From an uncultured delta proteobacterium (GTDB lineage: Bacteria > Desulfobacterota > Binatia > UBA9968): a stretch of 64,000 nucleotides of DNA. The stretch covers positions 128,001 to 192,000 of the forward strand of contig CAWJZV010000030.1 in the NCBI GenBank assembly GCA_963847445.1, in the 5' to 3' direction. Numbering within the stretch: the stretch's first letter is position 1; the number at the start of each line of letters is the position of its first letter. The notes below the pieces were generated by a model. The model saw only the letters and a program-made list of their open reading frames with translations, searched no databases and was not told the origin of the DNA. Positions 20,544-30,961 of the stretch are shown one piece after another. The translations under genes were made by a program, and so were the position numbers.

Positions 20544-22091
20544 CTATTGGGCCGTGACGGTGAACTTTTCCTGCACCGGTTTTTGCCCTGGGCGCTGGAT
20601 CGACACGCCGATCTCCCACGCTCCCGCCATGGCGAGACTGACCGTCGCCTGGTAAACACCGTCTTTGAGATGCTTCGCCGCCGCCTTGCCGGCGGCCATG
20701 CCCGGCATCGCCATCGTCGAGGTGATGTTGACGGTGGCGTCTTGCACGGCCGCACCCTTGGCGTCGCGAATCTTGATTCGAATTACGTTCTCCCCGGGTT
20801 TTGGCTTTGCCGGTTGCGTTTCAAGAGACAGCGTCAGATCGCCGGATTTTTTCTCCGTAACTGTCGCGGCGGCTGGTGCTTTCTTTGCCGTCTCGCCCAT
20901 ATCCATTCCTGGCATGCCCGCCATCGCCCCCATCGCTTCTTTAAGCCGGCTCTCGGAATCCAAGAGAAAGCTTGCGCTCGCGATGATTCGCTCTCCGGGA
21001 GAGAGCCCGGCGAGGACTTCATAGTAGCCGTCGAATTTGCTTCCGAGCTTGACCTCTGCGGGCGCATAGCGCCCTTCGCCTTTATCGATAAAGACGATTT
21101 TCCGGAGACCCGAATCCAAAACCGCTTCATCGGGGATCGCTAATTTTTTTCCGGCATCTACCTCGATTTCAACATTGGCGTACATCTCCGGCTTGAGCTT
21201 GAAGTCACGGTTGGCGAACTCAAGTCTAACCTTCGTGGTGCGGGTTTTTTCTTCGAGAACCGGTGAGATCCAAGTTACCTTTCCGGAAAACGTTTGGCCG
21301 GGAAAATAGGACAGAGCGATCGTCGCCTTCTGTCCCAAGCGAACATTCGCTAGGTCAAATTCGTAGATATCCGCATTCACCCAAACAGCCGAAAGATCGG
21401 TGATGGTATAGAGCTCCTTGTCCGGCATGACTTTCATTCCCTGAGCAGCCTCCTTCTTAATCACGAAGCCGCTGGAGGGTGAGTAAAAGGTCAGAGTCTT
21501 GGTTAGCTTGCGCGATCTTTGCAGTTCCTGAATCTGTTCATCGGAAATATCCCAGAGGCTGAGCCGCCGGCGTGACGCTTCCAAGAGCGACGCTGATCCC
21601 GCGCGGATCTCCTGGAGAGAACTGGAGGTAAGCGATTCTTTCGCCTGAAGCGCCAGCAGATATTCCTCCTGTGTGGCAACCAGATCGGGGCTATAAAGAG
21701 TGAAAAGGGGTTGCCCTTTTTCCACCAGTTTGCCGGTGTAATTGACAAAGAGTGTTTCGATCCATCCCTCCACCTTGGTGAAGACTTGCGCCACCTTCGT
21801 TTCATCATAGGTGACGATCCCCACGGTTCTGATTTTCTTAACCAAGGGCTTGATCTCCGCCACTGCGGTGCGGATGCCGACAAGCTGCTGCTTTTCAGGA
21901 CTTACGTTGACGCTGCCTGACGACATGTCATGCCCTTCCATGGCGCCGCTTGCCGACTTCATGTCTTCCGACTGCTGCGAGGAGGACGCAGTCGAGTGGT
22001 CAGCTGTTTTATTGCTCTGCCCGTTCCAATAGCCGACGGCGAACACCCCGACAATGATGACCAGAAGGCCGAGAATTTTTACAGTTTTCAT
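20544..22091 (-). CDS. cusB: CusB-type periplasmic adaptor with C-terminal YtkA/FixH-like domain
   Basis: LYSPDLVATQEEYL, LKPEMYA, FLLDSESRL; C-terminal TMAMPGM...GVYQATVSLAMAGAW domain. Confidence 0.92.
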   Translation of the reverse strand: MKTVKILGLLVIIVGVFAVGYWNGQSNKTADHSTASSSQQSEDMKSASGAMEGHDMSSGSVNVSPEKQQLVGIRTAVAEIKPLVKKIRTVGIVTYDETKVAQVFTKVEGWIETLFVNYTGKLVEKGQPLFTLYSPDLVATQEEYLLALQAKESLTSSSLQEIRAGSASLLEASRRRLSLWDISDEQIQELQRSRKLTKTLTFYSPSSGFVIKKEAAQGMKVMPDKELYTITDLSAVWVNADIYEFDLANVRLGQKATIALSYFPGQTFSGKVTWISPVLEEKTRTTKVRLEFANRDFKLKPEMYANVEIEVDAGKKLAIPDEAVLDSGLRKIVFIDKGEGRYAPAEVKLGSKFDGYYEVLAGLSPGERIIASASFLLDSESRLKEAMGAMAGMPGMDMGETAKKAPAAATVTEKKSGDLTLSLETQPAKPKPGENVIRIKIRDAKGAAVQDATVNITSTMAMPGMAAGKAAAKHLKDGVYQATVSLAMAGAWEIGVSIQRPGQKPVQEKFTVTAQ

Positions 22092-22128
22092 TAGCTCTCT
22101 CCGTTCGTGAATTGCTCGCGCTCGGCTC

Positions 22129-23401
22129 CTATTGCAGATCCTTGCCGATGATCCGCTCCAAATCGGCCAGGTTTTGTATCAACCCCACCGTCGCTTTGTA
22201 GTATCCCATCCGCGCATCGCGCAGTGCGCGCTGAGCTTCCAAGAGCGAGACAAACTCGACCCGTCCGGTCTGGTAGGCGGCCATAGCCGACCTGAAGGAC
22301 AGCTCGGCCTGAGTGAGTAGCCCCTCATTGAAAAGAGTTATCGAACGCCGCGCGGCTTGAGCTTTGGCCTGCGACTCCGACACTTCTCTCAGAGTCATGT
22401 TTCTCATCGCATCCCGGTTCGTCTTGGCGGCGCGAATCTCCGCAAGACTTTCCTCGACTTCATAGTTGCGCCTGCCAATCGTCCATGGCGAGAATGGAAT
22501 AGTGATGTTGACCATGGCACCGTAGCGGTCTTTCTTCATGTCCGTCGGCATCCTCATGTAATCCCATCCGACCATGAAGTCAGGAAATTTGCGATTGCGC
22601 TCCGCCAGGTCATACATTCTTTCGCTTCGAACGATCTCCTCTTCCGCGCCTTTCAATTCTGGGCGATTAGTCAAGGCCAAGTCATCGAGAATCGGGAGGT
22701 TCAGATCCGCGCTTGGCGCCGTGAGATCTGCCGGAAGATGCACGGCGGATCGAGGCGGCCGATACATGGCGCTGTTCAATTTGGCCTGGGCGGCGCTGCC
22801 CTCTGCTTCGACATTGATGAGTTGATTCATGATCTCGCTCTGTTCCAACAGGGCCTTGAAAACATCTTGCTGCGTCACTCGACCCACCTGATAACGAGCT
22901 TCGGTGGCACGGATAATCGTCCGCATGATCTCCAACTGTTCGCGCAGAATCTCGCTCGTCTTTTGCGCCATGAACAGATCCGCGTAGGCCATCTTGACCA
23001 TCGAGACAATCTCTCGCTCCTTGGTACGAAGCTCCTGTTCAGCGACTCTCACCTCCTGTTGCGCGATTTTTTCTTTCAACCCAAGTTTTCCGAAAAACGG
23101 CAACTTCTGCCGGATACCGATCGAGTTCGTATCGGACTTATTGAAGCTCGTGGGATTGGATAGCGGCACGCCCCCAAGCTGAAAGTTAATTTCAGGGTCC
23201 TCCAGATACGGTGCCTGCTTAGATCTGGCCGAGACCGCTTCAAGGCGCTGCTTCAGCAAGCCGAATCTCGGGATTTTTTTCAACCGCTTCGGTTACGGCC
23301 TCCGAGAGTTTCAGTTGAGCGTTGGCTTCCGAACCCCAACCGATTGAGGCCAGCACAAAACCCACAAGCAGTCTGGCCAGGATCAAATCGACTTTGATCA
23401 T
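22129..23401 (-). CDS. cusC: CusC/TolC family outer-membrane efflux protein (frameshift ~23280)
   Basis: Signal MIKVDLILARLLVGFVLAS..., then LEDPEI, QKLPFFGKLGLK, ARYQVG, AAYQTGRVEFVSLLEA; first structural gene of the cusCBA operon. Confidence 0.88.
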
Positions 23402-23438
23402 AGATCCTCCGAACAAGCCCCTAAAGAGAAGCCTATTC

Positions 23439-23510
23439 CGTTAGGTCACACTAACGAACAATGACAATCTATTGAGATCGATCCTCGGCTTGGATAACCA
23501 AGGAACGAGG
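23439..23510 (-). promoter_or_regulatory. Two hairpins between leader ORF and cusC RBS
   Basis: cctcg-g-cttgg/ataa/ccaag-gaa-cgagg (23483-23510) and cgttag/gtcaca/ctaacg (23439-23456). Confidence 0.45.
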
Positions 23511-23530
23511 CTCTGCAAAGCAGCGGAGAT

Positions 23531-23902
23531 CTACACGCGCAGAACGTGATACAGGAATGTGAGGGCAAGCTTAGAATGAAACTCAGAAGCGGTGGTGCTG
23601 CGAAAAACGGCTGTTACGTCGAAATCGCTTTTGCATTCTATTAAGTAAAATAGGCCGCGGGATACGACCTTATCCAAAGAAAACTTCACTGATTGATACG
23701 AGATGCGATCGTGAAGAATATATTGGCAAAGCGGATTGGCGTCATGATCCGAGTCGTGGCAAGGATCTCCATCCGATGCCATTGTATTGAAGGAGGAGTC
23801 GTGTTGGTGCTTGGAAAGAGTGGTGAGGTCAGGACAAGCGTAGGCCAGGGACGAGAAGATAAAAAAGAATCCTAGGGTAAACGTGATAAGCCGCTTGGTC
23901 AT
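23531..23902 (-). CDS. DUF2946/CutF-like leader protein A (123 aa)
   Basis: Signal ending SLAYAC, His/Asp-rich region with Cys, C-terminus KLALTFLYHVLRV*; heads the cusCBA operon. Confidence 0.65.
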   Translation of the reverse strand: MTKRLITFTLGFFFIFSSLAYACPDLTTLSKHQHDSSFNTMASDGDPCHDSDHDANPLCQYILHDRISYQSVKFSLDKVVSRGLFYLIECKSDFDVTAVFRSTTASEFHSKLALTFLYHVLRV

Positions 23903-24183
23903 ATTTTTCGTCGCGTTGCGATGAGTCAGCAACAGCCATGCCGTAAGTCTTAAAATCTTGGCTCGATTCAGTAAAACACTTATCACCTACTAAACCGGTC
24001 TTTTCAAGGTCCTACTTTTTAACGAGAGTCCAGGATATTTCGCTAAAGTGCAAAATTTAAAGTATTCTTTTCAGCAGCGCCGACATCGCAACGTTTGCTT
24101 CCTTTCCGTCAACAGTTCCAGTGTAGTGTGATTAAAACAACTCATGGCTCAAGACCGAATTTGGACTGAAAGCCGCCGGCAAG

Positions 24184-26641
24184 TTAGAGTTGTAATCTAT
24201 TCAACCTCAACGCGTTGGTGATTACGGAGACCGAACTGAAGGTCATGGCGACACTGGCGATCACCGGGCTTAGCAACATGCCGAAGATCGGATAGAGCAC
24301 ACCTGCTGCGATGGGAATTCCCAACGCGTTGTAGATGAACGCAAAGAAAAGATTCTGCCGGATGTTCCGCATGGTTCCTCGGCTGAGATGCCGCGCCTTG
24401 GCTATGCCGCGCAGATCGCCCTTGACCAGAGTCACTCCGGCGCTTTCCATCGCCACGTCGGTGCCCGTGCCCATGGCGATTCCGACATGAGCCAGAGCCA
24501 GAGCGGGAGCATCATTGACTCCGTCCCCCGCCATCGCCACCATCCGGCCCTCCCCCTGCAGCCGTTTCACCACCTCGCCCTTTTGCTCGGGCAATACATC
24601 GGCTTGAATTTCATCAATACCGAGCTTTTTCGCAACTGCCTCGGCGGTCGTTCGATTGTCCCCGGTGAGCATGACGATCCTGATTCCGTCCTGATGCAGC
24701 ATCTGGATCGCTTCCGCGGTGGACTGCTTGACGGGGTCGGTGACACCGACCAGTCCGGCGACGGCTCCATCCACGACGATATACATCACCGTCTGGCCGT
24801 CTTTTCTGAGTGTTTCCGACTGATTCAAAAAATCACCCGGTTCGACTTTCAATTCCTCCAACAGTTTGCGATTGCCGAGCGCGACGCGCTTGCCATCGAC
24901 TAGTCCAACAACACCCTTCCCCGTGATCGAGCGAAAATCGCGTGTTGCGCCGAGCTTCAATCCTTTCTGCTCGCGCGCCGCCGACAATCGCCGCCGCCAG
25001 CGGATGCTCGCTGCCACGCTCCAGACTTGCCGCAAGGCGCAGGATCTCATCCTCGCTTTGTCCCGGCGCCGGAACCAACGCCGCCAGGCGCGGTTTGCCT
25101 TCGGTAAGGGTGCCGGTCTTGTCCACCACCAACGTGTCGATTTTTTCCAGCACCTCCAATGCTTCGGCATTCTTGATCAACACGCCGGCCGTCGCGCCCC
25201 GCCCGACGCCGACCATGATCGACATCGGCGTCGCCAAGCCCGAGCGCGCAAGGGCAGGCGATGATCAGTACGGCCAACGGCGTTGAGCAGTCCGTAAGCC
25301 AATGCAGGCTCCGGCCCAAACCAGGCCCAAACTACAAAGGTTATGAGCGCGATTAGAACCACCGCGGGAACAAAATAGCCGGCGACAATATCGGCGAGTT
25401 TCTGAATCGGCGCCCGGCTGCGCTGAGCTTCCGAAACCATGCGGACAATCTGCGCCAAAAGCGTATCGCTGCCGACCCGCTCGGCCTTCATGACGACACT
25501 GCCGGTTCCGTTAACCGTTCCGCCGGTAACTTTGCTGTCTTTCGTCTTCTCAACCGGAATCGGTTCGCCGGTAATCATCGACTCATCGACTGATGTCGCT
25601 ACCTTCCAAAACGATTCCATCAACGGGAATCTTCTCGCCGGGGCGGACGCGCAGACGATCGCCGACTTGAACGCGATCGAGAGCCACGTCCGATTCCGTA
25701 CCATCATCGCGCAGCAGACGCGCGGTCTTGGGCGCAAGCCCCAACAACGCCTTGATCGCTTTGCCGGTATTACTGCGGGCGCGCAACTCCAATACCTGGC
25801 CGAGCAAGACAAATGTGGTGATCACTGCCGCGGCGTCGAAGTAAACTCCCACCGCGCCGCCGTGGCCGCGGAACGATTGCGGAAAGGCGTCGGGGAAAAG
25901 CGTCGCAGCCAGACTGTAAACGAACGCAGTGCCGACTCCGATGGCGATCAGAGTGAACATGTTCAGACTGCGGTTGACGATGGACGCCCAGCCGCGCTGG
26001 AAGAACGGCCAGCCGCCCCAGAGCACCACCGGAGTGGCAAGAACGAGCTGAAACCAATTGAGCAGCTGCGGCGATAAACTGCGCTGCACGGGCTGCCCCG
26101 GAATCATATCGGACATGGCGAGAAAAAAAATCGGCGCGCTCAGAACAACGCCGGCCCAAAATCGCCGCGTCATATCGATTAGTTCGGGATTGGCTTCTTC
26201 CTCCAAGGTTACGGTTCTCGGCTCCAACGCCATGCCGCAGATGGGACAGGATCCCGGCTCAGGCCGCACGATCTCGGGGTGCATGGGGCAAACGTAATCG
26301 GTCTTGCTGGGAGCCAGTGACGCCGGCGTTTCTCGCTCCAACGCCATGCCGCATTTGGGGCAGGCGCCGGGGTTGGACTCGCGCACCTCAGGGTCCATCG
26401 GACAGACATAAGTGCCATGCTCCGCTCGATCTTTCTTTGGCGCCTGCGCCGCGTCCACGTGTGATTGTCCGTGACCATGCGCAGCCGGTCCCGTTGTGGG
26501 CGATTTAAGAAACTTCTCGGGATCTTCTTTAAATTTCGCCAGGCAGTGCTGGCTGCAGAAATAATAGGTTTGGCCACTATGAACGTAACTGCCCGCAGCG
26601 CTCTTGGGCTCCACGTTCATGCCGCAAATTGGATCAATCAT
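24184..26641 (-). CDS. copA: Cu(I)-translocating P1B ATPase with YHS and CPMHP-type metal-binding domains (several frameshifts)
   Basis: DPICGM...YYFCSQHC (YHS), [38 protein letters not shown] and MxxSS transmembrane ligands. Confidence 0.95.
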
Positions 26642-26936
26642 CTCAATTCATCCTTGTCGGAAAAACTTGGTTGGCTTTGTTACGCTGGGATCTCATATCG
26701 TTTTGCGTCTTACGGTCCGTGCCTGTAGCAGGAACGCAACGGTCCTGGCAGCATAGCGGCTGCCAAACACGACGCCTGCGACTACCAAAGCCCAAGATGC
26801 CAATGCCCCAGGCGCTATTCAACCACCCCAACCCCAATCATAGAGGTCACTCTTGCGCGAACAACGTTGGGTGGTCAGGTAGCGCAACTAACCAATGCCA
26901 TCGATCGCGAATATGCGGATCGCTTCCCAAGCTCCA

Positions 26937-27375
26937 CTACTTCGATGTCTTGATCCCTCGCCCCATCCGCTCAGACATCTGTTTCATCATGCCGGACATA
27001 TCGCCCATCATTTTTGACATATTCTGCATCTCTTCAGGCGTCATCTTGCCGCGCGCCCATCATGCCACCCATGTCGCCCATCATACCCGACATGCCGCCC
27101 ATCATCTTGCCCATTTCGTTCGTCTCTTCGCCCTTCATCATCCCCTGATTTTTCATCATGCCGCCCATGCCCTTTTTCATCTCCATCATTTTGCCTTGCA
27201 TCTCCTTCATCTTACTCATGTCCATACCGCCGCCCTGCATCCCCTCCCCCTTCATGGGCATGCCTTCCTTCATCGGCATCTGCCCTTTCATCGGCATTTC
27301 CTTTTTCTCCTGGGCCATCAGGGGAAACACTCCGAGCGCTCCCGATACGATCAATGCGGTAATTAATTTTTTCAT
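26937..27375 (-). CDS. Extremely Met-rich periplasmic protein (frameshift ~27050)
   Basis: Signal ending PLMA|QE; MPMK x3; MxKMMGxMSGMM x2; C-terminus continues GKMTPEEMQNMSKMMGDMSGMMKQMSERMGRGIKTSK*. Confidence 0.8.
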
Positions 27376-27543
27376 AACAAATTCCTTTCAGTTTTTGCGT
27401 TTCTGTTTATGAATCTTTTCACTTTCCAATGCGCAGAACCCAGTTGTACCTCCACGCTATGTACCCCAGTTATTCTGAAAACAATCCATGGCTAATCTCC
27501 TTTACAATAGCGGTTCGTTTCGGGAGATTTAACTCCAGGCCGG

Positions 27544-27966
27544 TTACTCAACGTTCCAACGAAACGTTCTCTCCTTAACCCCGGCAATATCCTTGATCAC
27601 CAGCTCCAACCATTTCCGTTCCAAGGTTGGCCTGGGGAAAGTCAATATAATCTCCCGATGATGACCGCTTCCTTTGTTCTCGGCGCCTGTTGGCACCATC
27701 GTCAGACCTGTGTCATCACGCATAACGCTGAGCGTCTTAAGATCATACATCTCCAAATTAACCGAGTGGGTATCCAAGACCACTGAAAATCGTGACTCAT
27801 GGTGGGTCTGCTCCAGGTAAGTTACCTTCACGGTAACCCCGCCTGCCGACTGTGTCTGCGGGGGACCGAGCCCCTGCGCCTCGAGACCAGCACCCACGTC
27901 AATGAAACTAGCAAGAGATAAAACGACTAAACTGATTAAGAATGCGTTCATTTTTCTTCCTTCCAT
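27544..27966 (-). CDS. Exported hypothetical protein with DTHSV and GHH motifs, putative metal-binding
   Basis: Signal-like N-terminus, GGVTVKVT...VLDTHSVNL...GSGHHRE...ERTFRW; located in the copA operon. Confidence 0.7.
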   Translation of the reverse strand: MEGRKMNAFLISLVVLSLASFIDVGAGLEAQGLGPPQTQSAGGVTVKVTYLEQTHHESRFSVVLDTHSVNLEMYDLKTLSVMRDDTGLTMVPTGAENKGSGHHREIILTFPRPTLERKWLELVIKDIAGVKERTFRWNVE

Positions 27967-28152
27967 ATTGGCTCTCCTTGCTACCCCACGCTTTCAGTCG
28001 CGCTTCCTCCAAATGATCGACTAACTCGATTGCGGTGATTGGTCCTGAGCAAATCCGGAGAAGGAAAATACCAAGGCTAGAGCGACTGCTAATAAAACAT
28101 GTTTGGATTTCATGACGCATCTCCTGTCCCATTTCTCTCCGAGTAAAACGCA

Positions 28153-28504
28153 TTACTTCGCCTCCGCCGCCAATAGCCGATGAGACTCCAGCCATACTCA
28201 GGTTCTCCGCCGCAGCCTGCTCATAGATCCGCACCAATCCTTGGCAATGGCTAATTAGACTCGACGCTTGCTTGCCATAGATACCTTTATTCGCCTCGTA
28301 TTGGGTGAGCATTTTTTTGTGCTCAGCCGCCTTTGCCTGCATTTCTTTAGCGGCATCCTGATAATGCTTTGCCAAGTTCTCATGGTCGCTACGGGTTCTG
28401 GCGCTTTGTACCGCTTGGGTCATGTCCATCGAGTGTGGGTTGATTGTGCAGGAACCCAATGCACCAAGCATCGCAACCAGCGCGAGAGATGTTAATGTTT
28501 TCAT
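28153..28504 (-). CDS. Helical lipoprotein of unknown function (frameshift ~28190)
   Basis: Lipobox LGSC; DHENLAKHYQDAA...EHKKM...SHCQGL...ESHRLLAAEAK*; GGAGG RBS. Confidence 0.72.
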
Positions 28505-28690
28505 GATGTCCTCCATTTTAGTTGATATATGCTGTCGATCTTCTGGCACACCCATTACTTCACGTTCACTAATAGATCCGAAAGTATTTTTCGATGTCCT
28601 CCATGTCGTGCGGCACGGTTCCCATGTTCGCCCGAAGACCGTTTGGTCATCTGCCGGCAAGGAATGACACAAAGCGAAAGGCTAATATGA

Positions 28691-29122
28691 CTAGATGCGA
28701 AGATTGGAGAGAGAAAGATAGAGAGGTGGATCTGACGGTTCGGCAGCCGGCGAACCTCTTGTGAAACTCTTCCTGAGGAAATGGTTCCTATTACCGTCTA
28801 CCAAGCTTCGCAGATCAAAAATGTCATTCGCGCGGGGCGTGAGCGCCGCCGTTCCGCGGTGAAATTGGGGCGGCGACGCAGGACCGGCAAAAATCTCAGT
28901 TTGATAGTCGAAATCCAGACAATCAATTTGTGACGGCACATGGCTGGGCCGGGAGAGATGTCGGTAGAGGCCGTCGTGCAGGTCATCCGCGGAAAGAATC
29001 TCTTCAATGCTCCCGTGTTCGTCGACATGACAACAGCGCAGGACTGCCCACGCCGCGTTGTAGTAAAGCAGCATCGACGCAAGCAATGCGGCCAGGAAAG
29101 TCTTTACATGCTGACGATTCAT
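28691..29122 (-). CDS. DUF2946/CutF-like leader protein B (143 aa)
   Basis: Signal ending AWAVLRCC, His-rich, IDC, C-terminus FTRGSPAAEPSDPPLYLSLSNLRI*; heads the copA operon. Confidence 0.68.
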   Translation of the reverse strand: MNRQHVKTFLAALLASMLLYYNAAWAVLRCCHVDEHGSIEEILSADDLHDGLYRHLSRPSHVPSQIDCLDFDYQTEIFAGPASPPQFHRGTAALTPRANDIFDLRSLVDGNRNHFLRKSFTRGSPAAEPSDPPLYLSLSNLRI

Positions 29123-29138
29123 AGCTGAGCTTAAAAAG

Positions 29139-29238
29139 AGCACGAAATATGCCAGGATAATTTCATAGCCAAATCCAACGAACGAGCTAGCAATTCTTCT
29201 CGCTATTGCGAGTGTCAAGCTGGAATATTTGCAAATAT
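29139..29238 (-). promoter_or_regulatory. Candidate promoter/operator region of the copA operon
   Basis: Sigma54-like CTGGCATATTTCGTGCT (29139-29155); TTGACA (29213-29218) abutting the palindrome ctcgc-tatt-gcgag; perfect palindrome atatttgcaaatat (29225-29238). Confidence 0.4.
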
Positions 29239-29614
29239 GCGAACAATGCCACGGCGCCATCCTCTCAGAGCCAAAAAGACTACTTTGTTTGCACCGCGAT
29301 TGCACGGTGAGATTTTGCCATACTCAGAACCCTTGCCGCCTCGTACTGCGCGAGTAGCTTTTTATGCTCGTCCGCCCGTGCCTGCATTGCTTTCGCCGCA
29401 TCTTCATAATGTCGTGCCAAGACCTCATGATTCGCTCTGCTCTTGGCACTTTAGACGGCTTGCGTCATGTCCATCATCGGGTGGGGCTTGATGGAACACG
29501 ACGCCAAAAGGACCAAGACAGCTAGAAATGCTAAAAATCTTTTAGTCTTCACGACCTACCCCCATTTTTAGACTTACGTGGTTTCCCGGCGAAACTTCGT
29601 CTGGTAGCAATCCT

Positions 29615-30894
29615 TTATGTATCGCGTCGGAATATCCGGCTCGTAGAAACTGAATGAGCACTCATCCAGACAAAAATTAAACCCACACAAATGAAATGAA
29701 CATAGGCTTTGTAACTCACGACTGAAGCGAGGCTAAAGAACAGAATGATGAAACCAGCACTCGCGTCGCCGACTCTTTCGACCACGACATCGAGAAAGGT
29801 CTTGAGCGATTTTTTTACGCCTGCCGGCAACGCCCATATAGACGATCTCCATGCTACTTCGGTGAATGCTGTTGCGTAGCGCGGCATCGGCTATTCGAGT
29901 CAGCGCGGCGGCAAGAAGACCAGGCCAGATCATGATGGCCCAGCGAGCCGCCCATGAGCGACAACGGGAGTTAGATAAAGACTGGAATCGAGACCGAGTT
30001 TCTTCAACGTCTTGCCGGTCAGGACGACCTGCGGCAAAAAGGGTCGCGACGCTGAGCCAGCCATAATAAGAGCTGAAAAAGCCGGCGAGAGCCGATTTGG
30101 ACGGATAAGTTATCTTTCGCCGCGGTCTTGAGCTCGAAGTCAATTAGCGTCGAAACCACCACCGATACCAGAATCACGGCAGCGATTGTTTTGAGATATG
30201 GCGAACCGGCGAGATGCGCGAAAATATTGTCACCGCTTACCGCGTCGGCACTATTGGGCGAGACAAATTCCTTCGCGGGATGCAGATGTCCTTCAACCTT
30301 CGCTGAGTCATGCAGAGCAATAGAGACGCCGCTAGGTACAGACCGCCAACAACCCAGAGCAGGTGGTTGCTGTCGGCCGAAAGGTGAAGCGTCCACTTAG
30401 CCCCGAATCCCGCGGCGACACCGCCTAATCGTCCCGCCGGCGGCAAGGAGGCCGAACAACCGCTTGCCTTCGTCCGGAGTAAAGAGCTGGTCGGCAAGCG
30501 TCCATAGTTGGGCCACCGCAATGACCGTCGCCATCGCCGACCAGATGTAAAACGCGTAGTGGCTCCAGCCCGGATCGATGTAGGTCAAGAGAAACCAAAA
30601 GCCGGCGACTGCGAAGACAATCACCCGCGTTGGTCGCCAAGATGAGCCGGACCATTGAGAGGTGTGACGGTATATCTCGCGTACGTGGCAATAATCACGC
30701 CGGCGCAAGAGCGCGACCAGAATATACAGATAGGGCAGCTCCGACACGGAATGGTGGCCGAGAAATATGCTATCGCGAAGTATCTTGATGAGATTATTGG
30801 CCGCGATCAGCAAGAAAAGCAGCGCGGCTATAACCGTTACACGGAACCCTTCGCCGGGGGTTATCTTGAAAAATGCCAGTGTTTGATCAACCAC
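29615..30894 (-). pseudogene. Npt/TLC (ADP/ATP translocase-like) MFS transporter, heavily fragmented
   Basis: Fragments KILRDSIFL...ELPYLYI, FYIWSA...QLWTLADQLFTPDEGKRLFG, SPYLKTIA...STLIDFELK, LRNSIHRSSMEI, KTFLDVVVERVGDA lie in at least five frame segments. Confidence 0.65.
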
Positions 30895-30961
30895 GAAGAT
30901 GACTCCGCCACCAGAAATTCGCTATTGCCGTGTCTGCTCTGTTTGGTGCTATGCGGCTGGT

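Noticed and set aside
18365-21143. Long plus-strand ORFs (416 and 524 aa) opposite cusA/cusB
   Set aside because: Antisense shadow ORFs typical of high-GC coding DNA, with no recognisable motifs.
26643-26845. Small membrane-protein ORF upstream of copA
   Set aside because: Frame ambiguous with no convincing RBS or motif; may be a remnant but cannot be supported.
27388-27500. RBS (AAGGAG) plus ATG on the minus strand giving MDCFQNNWGT*
   Set aside because: Only 10 codons; possibly a gene remnant, but there is no further evidence.
29199-29218. CIRCE element
   Set aside because: TTGACACTC-N8-GAG does not match TTAGCACTC-N9-GAGTGCTAA in spacing or right arm.
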